A DNA stretch of 64,000 nt from Somniosus microcephalus. Lineage: Eukaryota. The notes below the pieces were generated by a model, which saw only the letters and a program-made list of their open reading frames with translations, had not been told where the DNA came from and did not search any database. Below are positions 37,951-50,054 of this stretch, piece by piece. Location: positions 302,312,001-302,376,000 of the forward strand of contig CM126204.1 in the NCBI GenBank assembly GCA_052327205.1, read 5' to 3'. Position 1 is the first letter of the stretch, and each line of letters opens with the position of its first letter. Made by a program: the position numbers and the translations under genes.

Positions 37951-40616
37951 AAATAATAGGAAGGGGGTCATTTAAATAATAGTGGAAGGTGCCCACACCT
38001 GTACCACACAACAGGGGTGCCTGATGGAAGCAGTGTGACCTTAGAGTGGCACCCTGCTGTAGTGAGAGGGGGAGTCAGAAGCGGGTTGGGTCTGAAGATT
38101 GAGGTGGGACAACATTCTTAATTTATTTAATATTGAAGGAAGGGCCATTATGATAATTGAATCCTCGGTGATCAATTCCGTTTGGATTTGTCACCAGGGA
38201 GCTTCAGTAGGTCCAAAATAGAACCTATGTCTGCTGATGTAGGTTCCACTGCACCACTTGGGTGTATCTAGCAGGATTCCTGGAAGAACCCCAACACTCC
38301 CCCAAACTGCTGTTGGGATGTAGGGGGATGAGCAATAAAAGTATATGCCCTGCCACCATTCTGGGATTTTTTGTACAGTTTAAATGGGGTAGAAACGTGA
38401 CATATCTGGATTCCTTCCCCCCCCACCCCCCCACAAAATTTAAGTCCTCTCCCCTGCCATAACTCTAGCAGAATTTTGCCCTCCCACACCCATGGGATGT
38501 GATTTTTAGGATTTGCTGACCACTTTCTATTTTAGAAATTTATGGACAGCTGTTACAATGCAAAACTGTATGGGCAGAAACCCTACGGTTTGTGTATCCA
38601 TACATATGTTGGGTAGTCCTTCCCCCCAGTGCACTATAATGTGATAAGGCAATTGGCTTATTTTCTGGCTGAAGTTGGATGGCTTGTGACAATTTCCATT
38701 ATGGAGTGGCAGAGATGCACTACTGTGCACAGGCATTTAGCAAAGTCCCATCTTTTAATTCCCCTGTTGGTCTCAGAAAAGACCGAAGTTTGATGAAGTA
38801 ATTAAAATGGCTGGGATGTCAAATATTGAAATTAGCTCGTTTCCAATCTTGGTGAAAGACATTGCAAGTTGACAGATTTTTAACAATTGGCTCAGTGGTT
38901 GCCGCAGACTGGTTGAAAATAACACAATTTTTGAAGAAAGCCTTGATGGAAAGAACAGGTTAATTGAGAACCAGCAAGCTTCCAGTTACTGGCTTAACCC
39001 CAATATCAGTGTTTTTTTTATTCCTTGTCCTCCTTTGGTTTTGCAGTCATCGCTGGTCAGACCTGATGTACAGCATTGAGTGAAAGTTTCTTCAGCCCCT
39101 TGCCTCATTTGCATATGAATCTCTATTCAACAGTTAATGTCCGTTACAGACAGAGCGCTCAATTCTTGTTTTCTGTAAGCCTGTTGTAAAATGTCGGTCT
39201 GTCACTTGCAATATAAAAAAGCAAAAATGATGGCATTTGTAAAAATGTTATCACCTCATAAACACAAATTGTAAAGACATGAAAGCGATCTCTGCCATGC
39301 TTTCAGTGGGAGTTAGTACAGCTGCCTTTTTTAAAAACACAGTTGTCCAGATTCCCACAGCTCACTACCAATAGACCAGTTTACACAAGCATATTTAATT
39401 CAGAGTTCCCCAAATTAACATTTAATTTGCATAATATGTGACACTCTATACAACATAGACTTGCCCAGGAATTTAAATCCGTTGCATCTTTCTTCAAAAT
39501 GCTCCAGAAACTTCAGTAATTAACTTCAAATTGATCCCTTTTTGTCTTTCCAAATAAAATTAAGCCACGGTTAACATATATTCATCTAATTAATAAAAGA
39601 TTTGTTATTAAGACCCCGTTAACCGCCATTCACAAAAGTCAAGAATTAGTTGCTACAAACTTTGTTCATCGTATATATAAGTGCTCAAAGATGTAAATGC
39701 TGTGTTTTGTATATGGTGTTATACAACAGTCATCAGTGCCGGAATCTGGGTCAAAGGTCAAGCATTGTAGCAATTTTGTTAAAGTTGTGCGGAATAGTTT
39801 TGTTAGGTCCAGAAACTACTCAGTCTGGTGTACTGGATTTGGTTTATTAAAATGAAACACATTATGGTAGGCACATCACGCCCACCCCCTCCCCCCAATT
39901 TCTCTTGTGATTTCCCAAGCCCACCAGACCGGGCCATCTGAGGAATTGCCAATTGTGTGAAGACGCTTCTTCAAAAAGAGGAAGGATTGACAGGTGAGTC
40001 AGCATGTGCCGCTGTTCCACACCTGCAGGCACCTGGATGGACAGCAACACCCGGACAGGTCACATGTTACATGCTATTAGTCGTGAAGGTGTAATGTGGC
40101 ACAGGACAACATACAGATTGAAGAAAATAACTTTCAAACGGGGTAAAAAGTCTCTTGGGAATAAAATACAGTAAATAATCATGGGAGACTTTGAGAGACA
40201 ATTTACCTGTGTGGAATTGTATAGATTGTGACTCAGACCTGACGTGTCAAGGCCATTGATGAGAATCCCCAAAATTAGGACAATCCAAATGGTAAGGAAG
40301 ATATAGCTTTTATTAACCATCTGGTTGATGCCAGATCAGAATCTTAATGACTGACTTAGTCTTCTGGTGAGTGTTCGGGTGAATTTTGTTTAATTTCAGC
40401 TGGGTGCCATTGGAACTCCAAAGCCCCTATTTTAACCTGGAGCTGGAATCGGGGGTGGAGGCCGAGTGCCAACCCCCCTGGCCTTGGCAGCATTACGCCC
40501 AGGTGATTTTAACTCCCACATTTCAACTGCATGCCTTCTGTCAGTTTCCTGCCTTTTTTTTTATTCGTTCCTGGGTTGTGGGTGTCGCTGGCAAGGCCAG
40601 CATTTATTGCCCATCC

Positions 40617-43183
40617 CTAATTGCCCTTGAGAAGGCGGTGGTGAGCCGCCACCTTGAACCGCTGCAGTCCGCGTGGTGAAGGTACCCCCACAGTGCTGTT
40701 AGGGGGTGAGTTACAGGATTTTGACCCAACGACGATGAAGGAACGGCAATATATTTCCAAGTCAGGATGGGGTTTAACTTGGAGGGGAACCTGAAGGTGA
40801 TGGTTCTCCCATGCGCCTGCTGCCCTTGTCCTTTTAGGTGGTTGAGGTTGAGGGTTTGGAGGTGCTGACGAAGAAGCCTTGGCGAGTTGCTGTAGTGCAT
40901 CTTGTAGATGGTACACACTACAGCCATGGTGCAGCGGTGGTGGAGGGAGTGAATGTTTAAGGTGGTGGATGGAGTGCCAATCAAGCGGGCTGCTTTGTCC
41001 TGGATGGTGTTGAGCTTCTTGAGTTTTGTTGGAGCTGCACTCATCCAGGCAAGTGGAGAGTATTCCACAACACTCCATACTTGTCCCCTGTAGATCGTGG
41101 AAAGGCTTTGGGTAGTCAGGAGGTGAGACACTCGCCACAGAATACTCAGCCTCTGACCTGCTCTTGTAGCCACAGTATTTATGTGGCTGGTTCAGTTAAG
41201 TTTCTGGTCAATGGTAACTCCCAGGATGTTGATGGTGGGGGATTCGGCAGTGGTAATGCCATTGAATGTCAAGGGGTGGTGGTTAGACTCTCGCTTGTTC
41301 GGAGATAGTCATTGCTTGGCACTTTTGTGGCGAGAATGTTACTTGCTACTTACCAGCCCAAGCCTGAATGTCTTCCAGGTCTTGCTGCATTCGGACATGG
41401 ACTGCTTCATTATCTAAGGAGTTGCAAATGGAACTGAATACTGCAATCGTCAGCGAACATCCCCACTTCTGACCTTATGATGGAGGGAAGGTCATTGATG
41501 AAGCAGCTGAAGATGGTTGGGCCTAGGACACTGCCCTGGGGAACTCCTGCAGCGATGTCCTGAGGCTGAGATGATTGATCTCCAACAAATACAACCATCT
41601 TCCTTTGTGCTAGGTATGACTCCAGCCAGTGTAGTTTTCCCCCTGATTCCCATTGACTTCAATTTTACTAGGGCTCCTTGATGCCACACTTGGCCAAATG
41701 CTGCCTTGATGTCAAGGGCAGTCGCTCTCACCGCACTTCTGGAATTCAGCTCTTTTGTCCATGTTTGGACTAAGGCTGTAATGAGGTCTGGAGCCGAGTG
41801 GTCCTGGCAGAACTCAAACTGAGCATCGGTGAGCAGGTAATTGGTGAGTAAGTGCCGCTTGATAGCACTGTCGACGACACCCTCCATCGCTTTGCTGATG
41901 ATTGAGAGTAGGCTGATGGGGCGGTAATTGGCCGGATTGGATTTGTCCTGCTTTTTGTGGACAGGACATACCTGGGCAGTTTTCCACATTGTCGGATAGA
42001 TGCCAGTAATGTAGCTGTACTGGAACAGCTTGGCTAGAGGTGCGGCTAGTTCTGGAGCACAAGTCTTCAGCACGACAGCCGGGATGTTGTCGGGGCCCAT
42101 AGCCTTTGCTGTATCCAGTGCGCTCAGCCATTTCTTGATGTCACGTGGAGTGAATCGAATTGGCTGAAGACTGGCTTCTGTGATGGTGGGGACCTCAGGA
42201 GGAGACCGATATGGATCATCCACATGACACTTCTGGCTGAAGATGGTTGCAAATGCTTCAGCCTTGTCTTTTGCACTCGCGAGCTGGGCTCCATCATCAT
42301 TGAGGATGGGGATATTCATGGAGCCTCCGTTAGTTGTTTAATTGTCCACCACCATTCACGACTGGATGTGGCAGGACTGCAGAGCTTTGATCTGATCTGT
42401 TGATTGTGGGATCGCTTAGCCCTGTCTATAGCATGGTGCTTCCGCTGATTAGCATGCCTGTAGTCCTGTGTTGCAGAGTACCCAGGTTGGCACCTCATTT
42501 GTAGGTACGTCTGGTGCTGCTCCTGGCATGCTCTTCTGCACTCCATTGAACCAGGGTTGGTCCCCTGGCTTGATGGTAATGGTAGAGTGAGGGATATGCT
42601 GGGCCATGAGGTCACAGATTGTGGTGGAATACAATTCTGCTGATAGCCCACAGCAGATGCCCAGTTTTGAGCTGCTAGATCTGTTCTGAATCTATCCCAT
42701 TTAGCACGGTGGTAGTGCCACACAACACGATGGAGGGTGTCCTCAGTCTGAAGACGTGATTTCGTCTCCACTAGGACTGTGCAGACCTGAAGTCATGAGA
42801 CTTCATGGGGTCCGGAATCAACGTTGAGGACCCGCAGGGCCACTCCCTCCCGACTGTATACCACTGTGCCGCTACCTCTGGTGGGTCTGTCCTGCCGGTG
42901 GGACAGGACATACCCAGGGATGGTGATGGAGGAATTTGGGGCATTGGCTGAAAGGTATGATTCTGTGAGTATGACTATGTCAGGCTAGTCAGTGGGACAG
43001 CTCTCCCAATTTTGGCACACGCCCCCAGATGTTAGTGAGGAGGACTTTGCAGGGTCGACTGGGCTGGGTGTGCTGTTGTCTTATCCGAAGCCAGTGCCGA
43101 GGTCGATGCTGGGTGGTCCGTCCGGTTTTATTCTTATTGTTTTTCGTAGTGGTTGTGTACAACTGAGTGGCTTGCTAGGACAT
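40617..43183 (-). pseudogene. LINE EN-RT ORF, disrupted, with the central endonuclease deleted
   Basis: KVLLTNIWG, PDIVILTESYL, IPGYVLSHRQDRPTRGSGTVVY, then a deletion at ~42783, then [75 protein letters not shown]. Confidence 0.9.
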
Positions 43184-43384
43184 TTCAGAGGGCAGTTAAG
43201 AGTCAACCACATTGCTCTGGGTCTGGAGTCACATATAGGCCAGACCAGGTAAGGTTGGCAGATTTCCTTCCCTAACTGACATTAGTGAACCAGAATCCGA
43301 TAGTTTCATGGTCACCATTACTGATACTAGCTTTTTAATTCCAGATTCATTTAATTAACTAAATTTAAATTCCACAGCTGCCGT

Positions 43385-43470
43385 GGTGGGATTTGAACTG
43401 ACGTCTCCGGATTATTAGGCCAGGCCTCTGGATTACTAGTCCAGTAACATCACCACTATGCTACCGTTCC
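43385..43470 (-). promoter_or_regulatory. tRNA-derived internal Pol III promoter at the LINE 5' end
   Basis: A box TAGCATAGTGG (43463-43453), perfect 5-bp anticodon stem with 7-nt loop CTGGA-CTAGTAA-TCCAG (43444-43428), B box GTTCAAATCCC (43398-43388). Confidence 0.8.
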
Positions 43471-44029
43471 TCACCCAGGCCACTGATTAAAATAGCCATC
43501 GGGGCCCGATGATGTCATCAGACTCCCAACCTGCATATCTATTGAAGGAACGCACTGGATTCGGGCGGGCATCCTTGCCACCTGCTCAGAGATGAGGTTA
43601 AAATTGAAGGCAATGGGAACGGAGCAGGATGTCAGCGGATAAGTCTCCCGGGTGGGTAGGGCTAAAATTGCCCCTCAAGTACAGTGGAGAGACTGATCAG
43701 CCTCACTTGTTGCACAATTAGCAGATCATTTGGTAAGAAATCCTGAGTTGTTAGCAATACATGTCATGCGAAGGCCATTGCCATTGTCATGTGTGAAGAT
43801 TTGCGAAGTGGGGTCAGAGTGGGAAACAAAACAATATTTCTGTCTCTAATCTGGAGTTAGAGGGTGCAGCCTGGAGCATATGGCTAGAGATGAATAGTCA
43901 GATAAGGTAACTCTGTATGACATGCTGATCGGAAGTGAAGTCAGACTGCGGTAGCTTGGAATGCACACTGAATTTTAACTGCATGTAAAATTTTTGGAAA
44001 AAATATATGCACATGGATGGTAGTAGAGA

Positions 44030-44355
44030 AAGAAAGTTTTCATTCATGTAATGTCTTATTCCATAGTGTTTCCCAGCCAATTAATCACTTTTGAAATACA
44101 GTCACCGTTGTTATGTAGGCAAACACAGCAGACAATTTGTGCACAGCAAGGTCCCACAAACAGTAAATGAGATGAATGATCAGTTAATCTGTATTAGGTG
44201 GTGCTGATTGAGAGAGGAGCATTGACCAGGATACTGGAAAACTCATTGCTCTACTTTTATTAATGCCACAGGATTTTTTATGTCCACCTGAACAGACAGT
44301 CGAAGCATCAGTTTAATTTTTCATTTGAAAGACAGCACCTCCAACGGTGCAGTGA
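44030..44355 (-). mobile_element. Deu-domain (SacSINE1-like) SINE, diverged
   Basis: Reverse complement matches 37690-37945 (cttgctgtgcacaaattg, acaacggtgact...tcaaaa). Confidence 0.75.
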
Positions 44356-47300
44356 TTCTATATAACAAATGCTTCTTGGCCTCCAGTGCGAAGTGATAAA
44401 TATCCCACAACTGAGGTGACCGGGTCCCACATGAATGGAAATGTTTATCAAATGCCGCTGGTCATCATGTACTCTATTGATTCTTGACATTTTGATAGAG
44501 ATAATTTTAAAGTTAATTTTTGATTTTATTGGCCTTGTTTTGCATATCTACATACAAAAATCCATTGCACTTTCTCCGCACAAAGAAGACTTAAAATAAC
44601 AATTTTGCCGTAAAAACCTTGTACTAGAATAGGAAATTTTAGGAACAGGAAAAGGTAATTCAGTTCCTCAAATCTCAGGTACTAGACTTTAAAAAGTTAA
44701 AATGTAAGTTTTTCTGCACAAATTGGATTTGGGATCCTTATATGCTTGACAGTTTTAATTATATTTATTTGAAGTATGCAAAACAAAAAATGTTGCCAAA
44801 ATATTTAAATCATGGTGGTCCAGGGTAGGGAAAAATAGCTGGAGCTGCTTGAAGTTCAAGATTTGCAGGATGTTAATGCCTAAAGTAGCACCAAGATTGA
44901 TTCACACTAATGTTTTAATTTAAAAAAAAGAAAGTTGTTTATGCAAACGGAGGGAAAAGAAAATGTAAACATTAATTATTCACTCCACTTTGATAATAGC
45001 CTTGGGTTATTGCCTGTAATTTTTGTTTTGTTTTTTAATGAAGGAAAGACATAATTATCTTTAATCTGTTGTTTCTTTTCATAGGAAGTTGCCGTTTGTG
45101 TTTTAGTTGGAATAACTTTGACATAAAAAGCACAATTACTGTCCAACCTCTACTCTCCCTGATTTGTACATATATCTTTGGAAACATGCCAGCATACTCC
45201 TGATGTCATTGCCAAAAAAACTTTTTTGAAAACTAATTTTATTCTTCTGCAGCGCAATGAAGAATAATTCTGTCAATTTTTTAGATGGGAACTAGGCGGT
45301 TTAACGTATGCTGTTCTGAGATAGCCAGTCCTCAACTGTTGAAGCTAGTTTTTGCTGTGCCTCCAATGAAGAGGTGCACACAAGTAAGTGGTGGGGCTGA
45401 GAAAGCAAAGATTTGAGACATTTCGCAAGCAGCAATGCTACATGATTATTTATATGTAATTTGCAAGCAAAATGTCACAGATTTTTTGAAGAAAAATTCT
45501 TACACAAATATGGCCACAGAGTTCAATGTGCTCAATTCATTACTCTGTGTAAAATTACAACTTTATCACACACATTTAGTGGCAGGAAGGAGTTATTTAA
45601 TTTCTAAAGTCAGAAAGTTAAGTTTTGAGTAAAGGATGGGCTGAGTTCTACAAGATGAGTGGCATTTATGCGTGAACTTTGCTTTTTAGTTGCCTATTTC
45701 TATGTCAAAGGGACTATCCGCAGAGCGCTGAAAAGAAGGTAACTATGCCGTTTTCCCTGTTTTTTTCTCCATTCAAAAGGAGAAAATACCCGGAGAAACT
45801 GTATGGTATAGCTTCCTCTCTCAATGTTATGTGTCAGCCCTCCTCCCCCTCCCCCCAAGCCAAAGTGCTACTGGGGTGGAGGGGAGTAATGAACAATTTA
45901 TAATGTCTGCAGCTGTCTATGAACATGTTCTATTTGTGCACAGAAACATAAAGAAAATAGGTCCCCCAAAATGGCTTGTTTATTCTGTGTTTAATGCACA
46001 AGGAAAGAAATGGTAGAACTATTGGTAATAGCCTTTTATAAAATATCAATGCTTTCATAAAGCATACATAAATCATTCCAAGAGGCAGTTAAGTACAATA
46101 AATCCATTAGATCTAATTAGGTACCCATGACCTATAATTAATTTTGCTTTCTAGACACAATCTCATTAATATTATGATGTCATGTCTTGAAGACATTCTT
46201 AACTATTAGATCAATACACTTTAGGCAGTGATGTTTTGAGAAAATGTACAGGTGAAACATTTCATCAAATTATTATACAATATCCTGATTCCCACATGAA
46301 AGGATCCCATTTTGACTAATCACAAATGGGCTGCGGAAGGCCGTATCAAGGATTCATTGGTTTTGGATTCCAGCCTGGTAGAGATTGAGTCAGGCTGACT
46401 TCATAGTACAGGAGATCATGGCTGTGATTATCTTTGTACAAGAGTGTCAGTATTCATACTCTGGATACAAAGAAGGCTTATGGATGTACACTTTAGATTT
46501 AAAAAACAGACTTGTACATTATAAATAAATCCTCTTGATTTAAATACATACAAAGAGGATGTCGTATTGGGAGCAGCAGTAGATCAGGAAACAAACCACC
46601 AATCTTTCCAACTCAGGTGATAGTTGATCTCTGTGAACCTTCTCATTGTGTATCTTATTCTATCACACATGGTATGGCTTTTTGATATATGGTTTGTGCA
46701 CCTATACTGTCACACAAGGAGCCTCAGTAAAAGAAAAATAAACCAGCATGGTTAAACTGTAAAGTCAATACTGTATCAGTCAAAGCACAGTACTGTACAT
46801 GTTGCATATAACAAGTTTACATGCTGCCTACAGTATTGATTAAATCAAGCAAAACTGCAACTTGTTTGAACTAACAATAGGTTTTGAATATTTTACTAAA
46901 GTCAGTTCTTTAAACTGTGGAAATGGGTTACTAATAATTACAACAGAATGATACTACCAAATAATGAAATGAACAAATGGCCTGATGAGTGGCTGAAGAT
47001 GCTAATGGCAGAAGTTTAGCATAATTCATATTTGTGGGCAGTGCCATTCTTTCAAAGTGAAATTCGAGAGAAAGCTCAACTGAAGTATTCTTCACAATAT
47101 TATGTTGATTCACTGAGCTCTCCGGCAATACCTCAACTTATGAAAGCAATGACTCTGTAATCTGCTCTAATAAATACTAATTCTGGGATACAAGGCTTTC
47201 ATCATGTGGTTTGGGCTCTGGTTGCAGTTGATTTAGTTAAGAATATGTTATGGGTTTTTTTCCCTGTCTGTTTTGGCCTCGTATACTTTTAAAGAAAGGT

Positions 47301-49344
47301 TTTTTTTTGAATGCCAGATTTCAAGTAATCTGGTGACGTGAAGCAATTTTTTTGCAATATTGTTTTTTTTTTAAGGGAGTGTCCCTCTGTTTCCTATAGC
47401 CTGCTGATGCTTTTTTTTAAAGGATTGGAGGTTTTTTAGCTGATTTAAGAGTTACAGTCTGTATTTGATTGACTGTTAAAACTGCAAATGTAGAATGACC
47501 CATTTTTGCAATCATTACTTTGAATATTTAAAGAATGTATTTTAAATTGTTACAGAAAAACGTGTAGTAGAATTGCTCGGTTCAATAAACATTTACAGTA
47601 GTTGGATTTAATATCTTAATGAACCTATTCAGACTTTTCTTGAATTCTGTTTTAGTGGATTTTATGGTCATTTTTTTTCTCCAAGAAAAAAGGCAAAGAA
47701 GCCAATGTTAGCATCTCAATCTGTTCTCATGGTGAGAGGTTATATGACTTTTATCTGTGTAAATATCTGTGATTACTTCTTTCCAGTAGTCGGAGTTAAA
47801 ATATTTGTCTAGAAGCTCATTTTACTCTGCCTCTGACAATATAAAATGTGTCACTTAAATGTTGAGCTACAAGCACTCATGAGCCAAGGAGGGTATTTTT
47901 AATAATCTTTTTCCTGAAGCATTTCTGGAGATAGTTTTTTTCTTTCATTGTTCTATATTTGTGACTTCAACAACGCTACTGTTGAATCCTGTAAAGGTTC
48001 AATAATGGACGCGGCTGGCAGAATGGAGTGGTTGCAATTACCAACCATTTCGCACATTTGCGGAGCGACTAATCTTTGTTTTTTAAATATAAAAAGGAAA
48101 AGTGATTCCTTTTAAAGCTTTGATTTCTAACAGCTTATTAGTATGACTGGGTTTCCGATAAGAAGCAAGCTGCTTTCAAAATGTTTCCAAGAAAGAGCCT
48201 AACTTTACTCCAGGACAAAGCTGTGGGTATTGCAGTTCCTACCAATGCAACATTATCTCTTTCTTATATAAAAAAAGGAGTGGGATATAGATTTTGATAC
48301 AGTGTAAAATGAATGCCATACTATTTTAAAATAAATTTGTCATTAGTACAATTCATACAACTACTGCTTGTTGAAGTTTTTTTTAATCGATAGAGTAACT
48401 GGTTTTAATGTATTGAGAATTAACAGATTCTGATGTGACTGCTTTGTTTCAACACTGGAAAACAAAAAAAAGTTTTGATTTTTATCCTTCATATTAATTT
48501 GGTTTTAGATTTAAGAAATTTGCCCCCACCACCATTTTCTATGAACATCCTTTACAAGATAAAGTCTTTCGGTTTGCCTTTCTGCGTTTTCGCACCAGGA
48601 ATATAACATTGGGTTATACAGTTTGAGCCGAGTTTTTGATCTGCACTAGCAGCAGGTGTAAATGCACTGAACAAAACCCGTACAAGATTGTGGTCTTTAT
48701 GTTGTTAGCTGATAAAGAGTGGTGAAGCCAGTATAAATAAAGGCTAAAGAGAATTTTTTTTAAAAGTAGTGTTATGCAGCAGTAAAATAAAAAACACAGT
48801 CAGCCTTGTTCTCCTGCCTTTGTTTTGTTTGCCAAAATACATAGCACAGTATTGGGCATATCATTAAATTCCCATTTCAGCTAAATGAATGCTGGGAAGG
48901 GGGGAGAGAGATTGTATTTTTATTTTTAAGAAGATGTACAGTTAACTTTATAGAGATTGCTTTCCCTACTGTGAGGGAAATAATTGCAGTTTCTACCTGC
49001 CGTTTATGTAGACTTTTTGATATACCGACATGTCCTAAACTTCCTAAGGAAAGTGCATTTTGAAAAGTAGGCCTTTTACTGCCAAAGCCATTGTGTTTAA
49101 GTGTAGTTAATTTTGATTTTAAGGCAGATTTAAACAGAAACACATGGTTAGTAATTTAACAACTGCGCATTTTTCTTCCTTTTTTCCATCCTGTTTTTTA
49201 TTTAAAGATAAAAATGAAATGCTGCAACTGTTGAAATAAAAAGAGAAAACACATTTGCTGTGTACTTCAAGCATTCTTCTGCTTTTATTTCTCACTGCTA
49301 TTTATTGTACGTATCTCAGTCACAGGTAGAGCATAAAATTCAAT

Positions 49345-50054
49345 GGGCTAGATTTTCAGTTGCTTGCGCCAGCAGTTAGCGCCTTAAGAGAAGTGATTTT
49401 CGGGCGCTATGCGTGTAGCGCCCGGGCGCAGCGCAGTTTGCGCCCCGCCCCAAATTAAGTTGCCCGTTAGCGCCGGCGCAAAGTTTAGCGGCCGCCCGGA
49501 TGCGCGCGCAGAAAATGACGTCACATCCTCGTGCAACGCCCTTTGGCCGCCCCGAATCCAAACTTCAGTCGGACCGCCCCATTGTGCGGCTGGCGTCCAG
49601 AGCGTTTGTAAAATGGAACGCAACACACCCTGGGGAGCGCAAATTAAAGGGCACTCCTCCTGCACTATAAACGGCAGTCTGCATGTGTTGTGTGGAAGGA
49701 TCCAGTGTGTTGTTGTGAACGGTGTCACCACCACCGCCACCACCACCACTACTCCTCCTCCTCTTCACCCCCCCGGACTCTGCTTTTGAAAAGAACACAT
49801 GCACCCTTCCCCTGTAAGAGCACACTGGCACCAGAGTGTCTGCCGTGCGCTGCGCCCGAGCTCGGGCGTTGCGCTCTGCACCGCCGGCTTAGCGCCTAAA
49901 GATAGTAGTGGAACGCCTCTTTTAGCGCTCCACCAACCTCTTAGGGCGAAGCCACTGAATTTCCGGCAACGGGGCGCTACTTTGGGGCGGGCGCTAACTT
50001 CGGGCGGGCGCTAAGGTTAGCGCCCCAAAACTGTCTATACTGAAAATCTAGCCC
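49345..50054. mobile_element. Young CpG-rich Harbinger-type MITE (710 bp)
   Basis: Perfect 16-bp TIR gggctagattttcagt / actgaaaatctagccc and about 11 subterminal TAGCGCC-like motifs; no clear TSD. Confidence 0.85.

Larger units (their letters stand above)
40554..43470 (-). mobile_element. ORF1-less CR1/L2-group LINE with a tRNA-derived 5' head
   Basis: Minus strand, in order: tRNA-like head, ~230-nt body, EN-RT ORF, short 3'UTR, gaataaaaaaaa tail. Confidence 0.9.
40377..43674. mobile_element. Harbinger-type MITE split by the LINE insertion
   Basis: Ends gggtgaatttt (40377) and aaaattgcccc (43674); GC-rich halves 40377-40553 and 43471-43674 flank the LINE. Confidence 0.55.

Noticed and set aside
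43385-43470. Functional tRNA gene (loop reads as anticodon AGT)
   Set aside because: Acceptor and T stems do not pair properly, the variable region is oversized, and there is no downstream T-run terminator. It is a retroelement head.
49384-50014. Multiple overlapping ORFs, or a promoter CpG island
   Set aside because: All lie within a TIR-bounded GC-rich MITE, and the open frames reflect GC content.
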